From NCBI GenBank assembly GCA_004022145.1, contig RCNU01000002.1: a stretch of DNA of 64,000 nt. The stretch is one strand, 5' to 3'. This stretch comes from Paecilomyces variotii (Eukaryota). Positions within the stretch are counted from its first letter, which is position 1, and every line of letters begins with the position of its first letter. The notes under the pieces were generated by a model. It made no database searches and was not told the DNA's origin. It worked only from the letters and a program-made list of their open reading frames with translations. Both the position numbers and the translations under genes were made by a program. Below are positions 62,723 through 64,000 of the stretch, in pieces.

Positions 62723-64000
62723 ATTTGATTCGAGATGTGGCGGTCTAGGAATTGTCTCGTCTGACGCGTGGTTTCTTGTTTCTTCCTCCCGCTCCCCGAG
62801 AGTATAATGGTTCGGCTTCCACGGTAGTAAATCATCCCCATTGTGGTCAATCTCCTCAATCTCTCCTCAATCTCGCAATTCCTGTTTTCGCGTCGGATGC
62901 GGCAAGTGGCCAGACATTCCCGGCCAATCATTGGGAGCAGGCCAATCCCGGTCCGTTTCGCTGGCATTTTTGCTTGTCTCAGAATCCAAACAGGGTCTGT
63001 TTAGTTAGTTAGTTGGTTAATTAGTTAATTACTTGATTAGTGGGTTGAATTGATTAGTTCGTATCATTATTATCATGATGGGTATTATTATTATCATTTT
63101 GCTGTTTGCGGACATGATCCCGCAGTAGCAACTCATCCATCTAATCATCCCATCCACCATCAACAATGAGATGTATCCCGAGACATCACGGCTCTCCCCA
63201 AACAAGGGGCGCAGAACAATGTCCATTGTGTCCATTGCAGAAATCCAAGCAAAAAACGGTTTGCCGTCTTCGATCGCACAAGGGATCGGCCATGGCTCAT
63301 CCACCCCCTCCGCATGCATGGGTTCGGGTCGGTCGGGTTGTCGGTCGCGATAATACTTAATCGTCAAGGGACTGCGCCGGTAGAGATGCTCTAGATGGCT
63401 TTTTTAGTCCTTCATGCGCGCGCCCCCTCACGCTGAAACCTGCAATCCCTGGTTAGTTGCATCCTTAGCTGTTCTCTCCGATCCAGTCGTGTTGTCTCCA
63501 GGCCGATCCGCAGTTGTTGTCGACCGACTCTTCACGACAACTACTTCAATTCCTCTCTCTTCTTGCTCCTCCTCCTCTCAGTGTTTTGTCCACCAGAATT
63601 CCCCCAGCGGAGACTGCGGCCAGGAAGTTGGGCCAGGTCAGGATAGGTCGAGAACAGAGAGAGAGAGAGAGGACCGGACCGGGCAGCACAGGTCGAGATT
63701 GGGATAATCCCACGCTGCAGGTCATACAAGGGCCTATCTACGTTGCAAGAACAGAAACAAGAAACAAGAAACCAGAAAAAAAAGAGGGTCGTTTTCTTTT
63801 CCTTTGTGCCAATTTCTACACTTCTGACGAACCCATCACCGGTGCCAGACACGTGTTGCATCATCTCTCGTTCCATCCATTATTTCCCATCTCATGTACA
63901 CGGGACAGAAAGGGCAGTAGGCCCTGGTTTGGCAATATCCCCCTTGACCGTTTCTCTCCCCCCCAGTCTTTACCCCCCAGTGGTTCATCATCCATCATGG

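Noticed and set aside
61100-64000. Short ORFs and microsatellites in the last 3 kb
   Set aside because: No coding signature. Probably the regulatory region of a gene beyond the window; a possible ATG at 63997 cannot be evaluated.

Overview
This window is gene-dense, intron-containing eukaryotic DNA from a filamentous ascomycete, probably Eurotiales. The evidence is short GT-AG introns with CTRAY branch points, a Zn2Cys6 transcription factor and many conserved fungal housekeeping genes. I can support about 23 protein-coding loci and one tRNA-Ser(AGA). No transposon, CRISPR array or secondary-metabolite cluster is visible. The most striking element is a translational recoding cassette at the end of the YIP3/PRA1 gene (minus strand). 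A U-UUU-UCC slippery heptamer (16451-16445) is followed by a 6-nt spacer and an H-type pseudoknot (16438-16381). A -1 shift there would join the 174-aa Yip3 to the downstream ORF, giving a fusion of about 607 aa; from memory this matches the programmed frameshift described for Podospora PaYIP3. Other points of interest are an unexplained, strongly base-paired intergenic segment at about 19790-20090 (candidate ncRNA), an intronless bacterial-type trans-aconitate methyltransferase in an AT-rich island, a TGA-CTA readthrough context on the Eis1-like gene, and micro-exon architecture in the Zn2Cys6 and DnaJ genes. All gene identities come from motif recognition by eye, not database searches. Exon boundaries are manual predictions.
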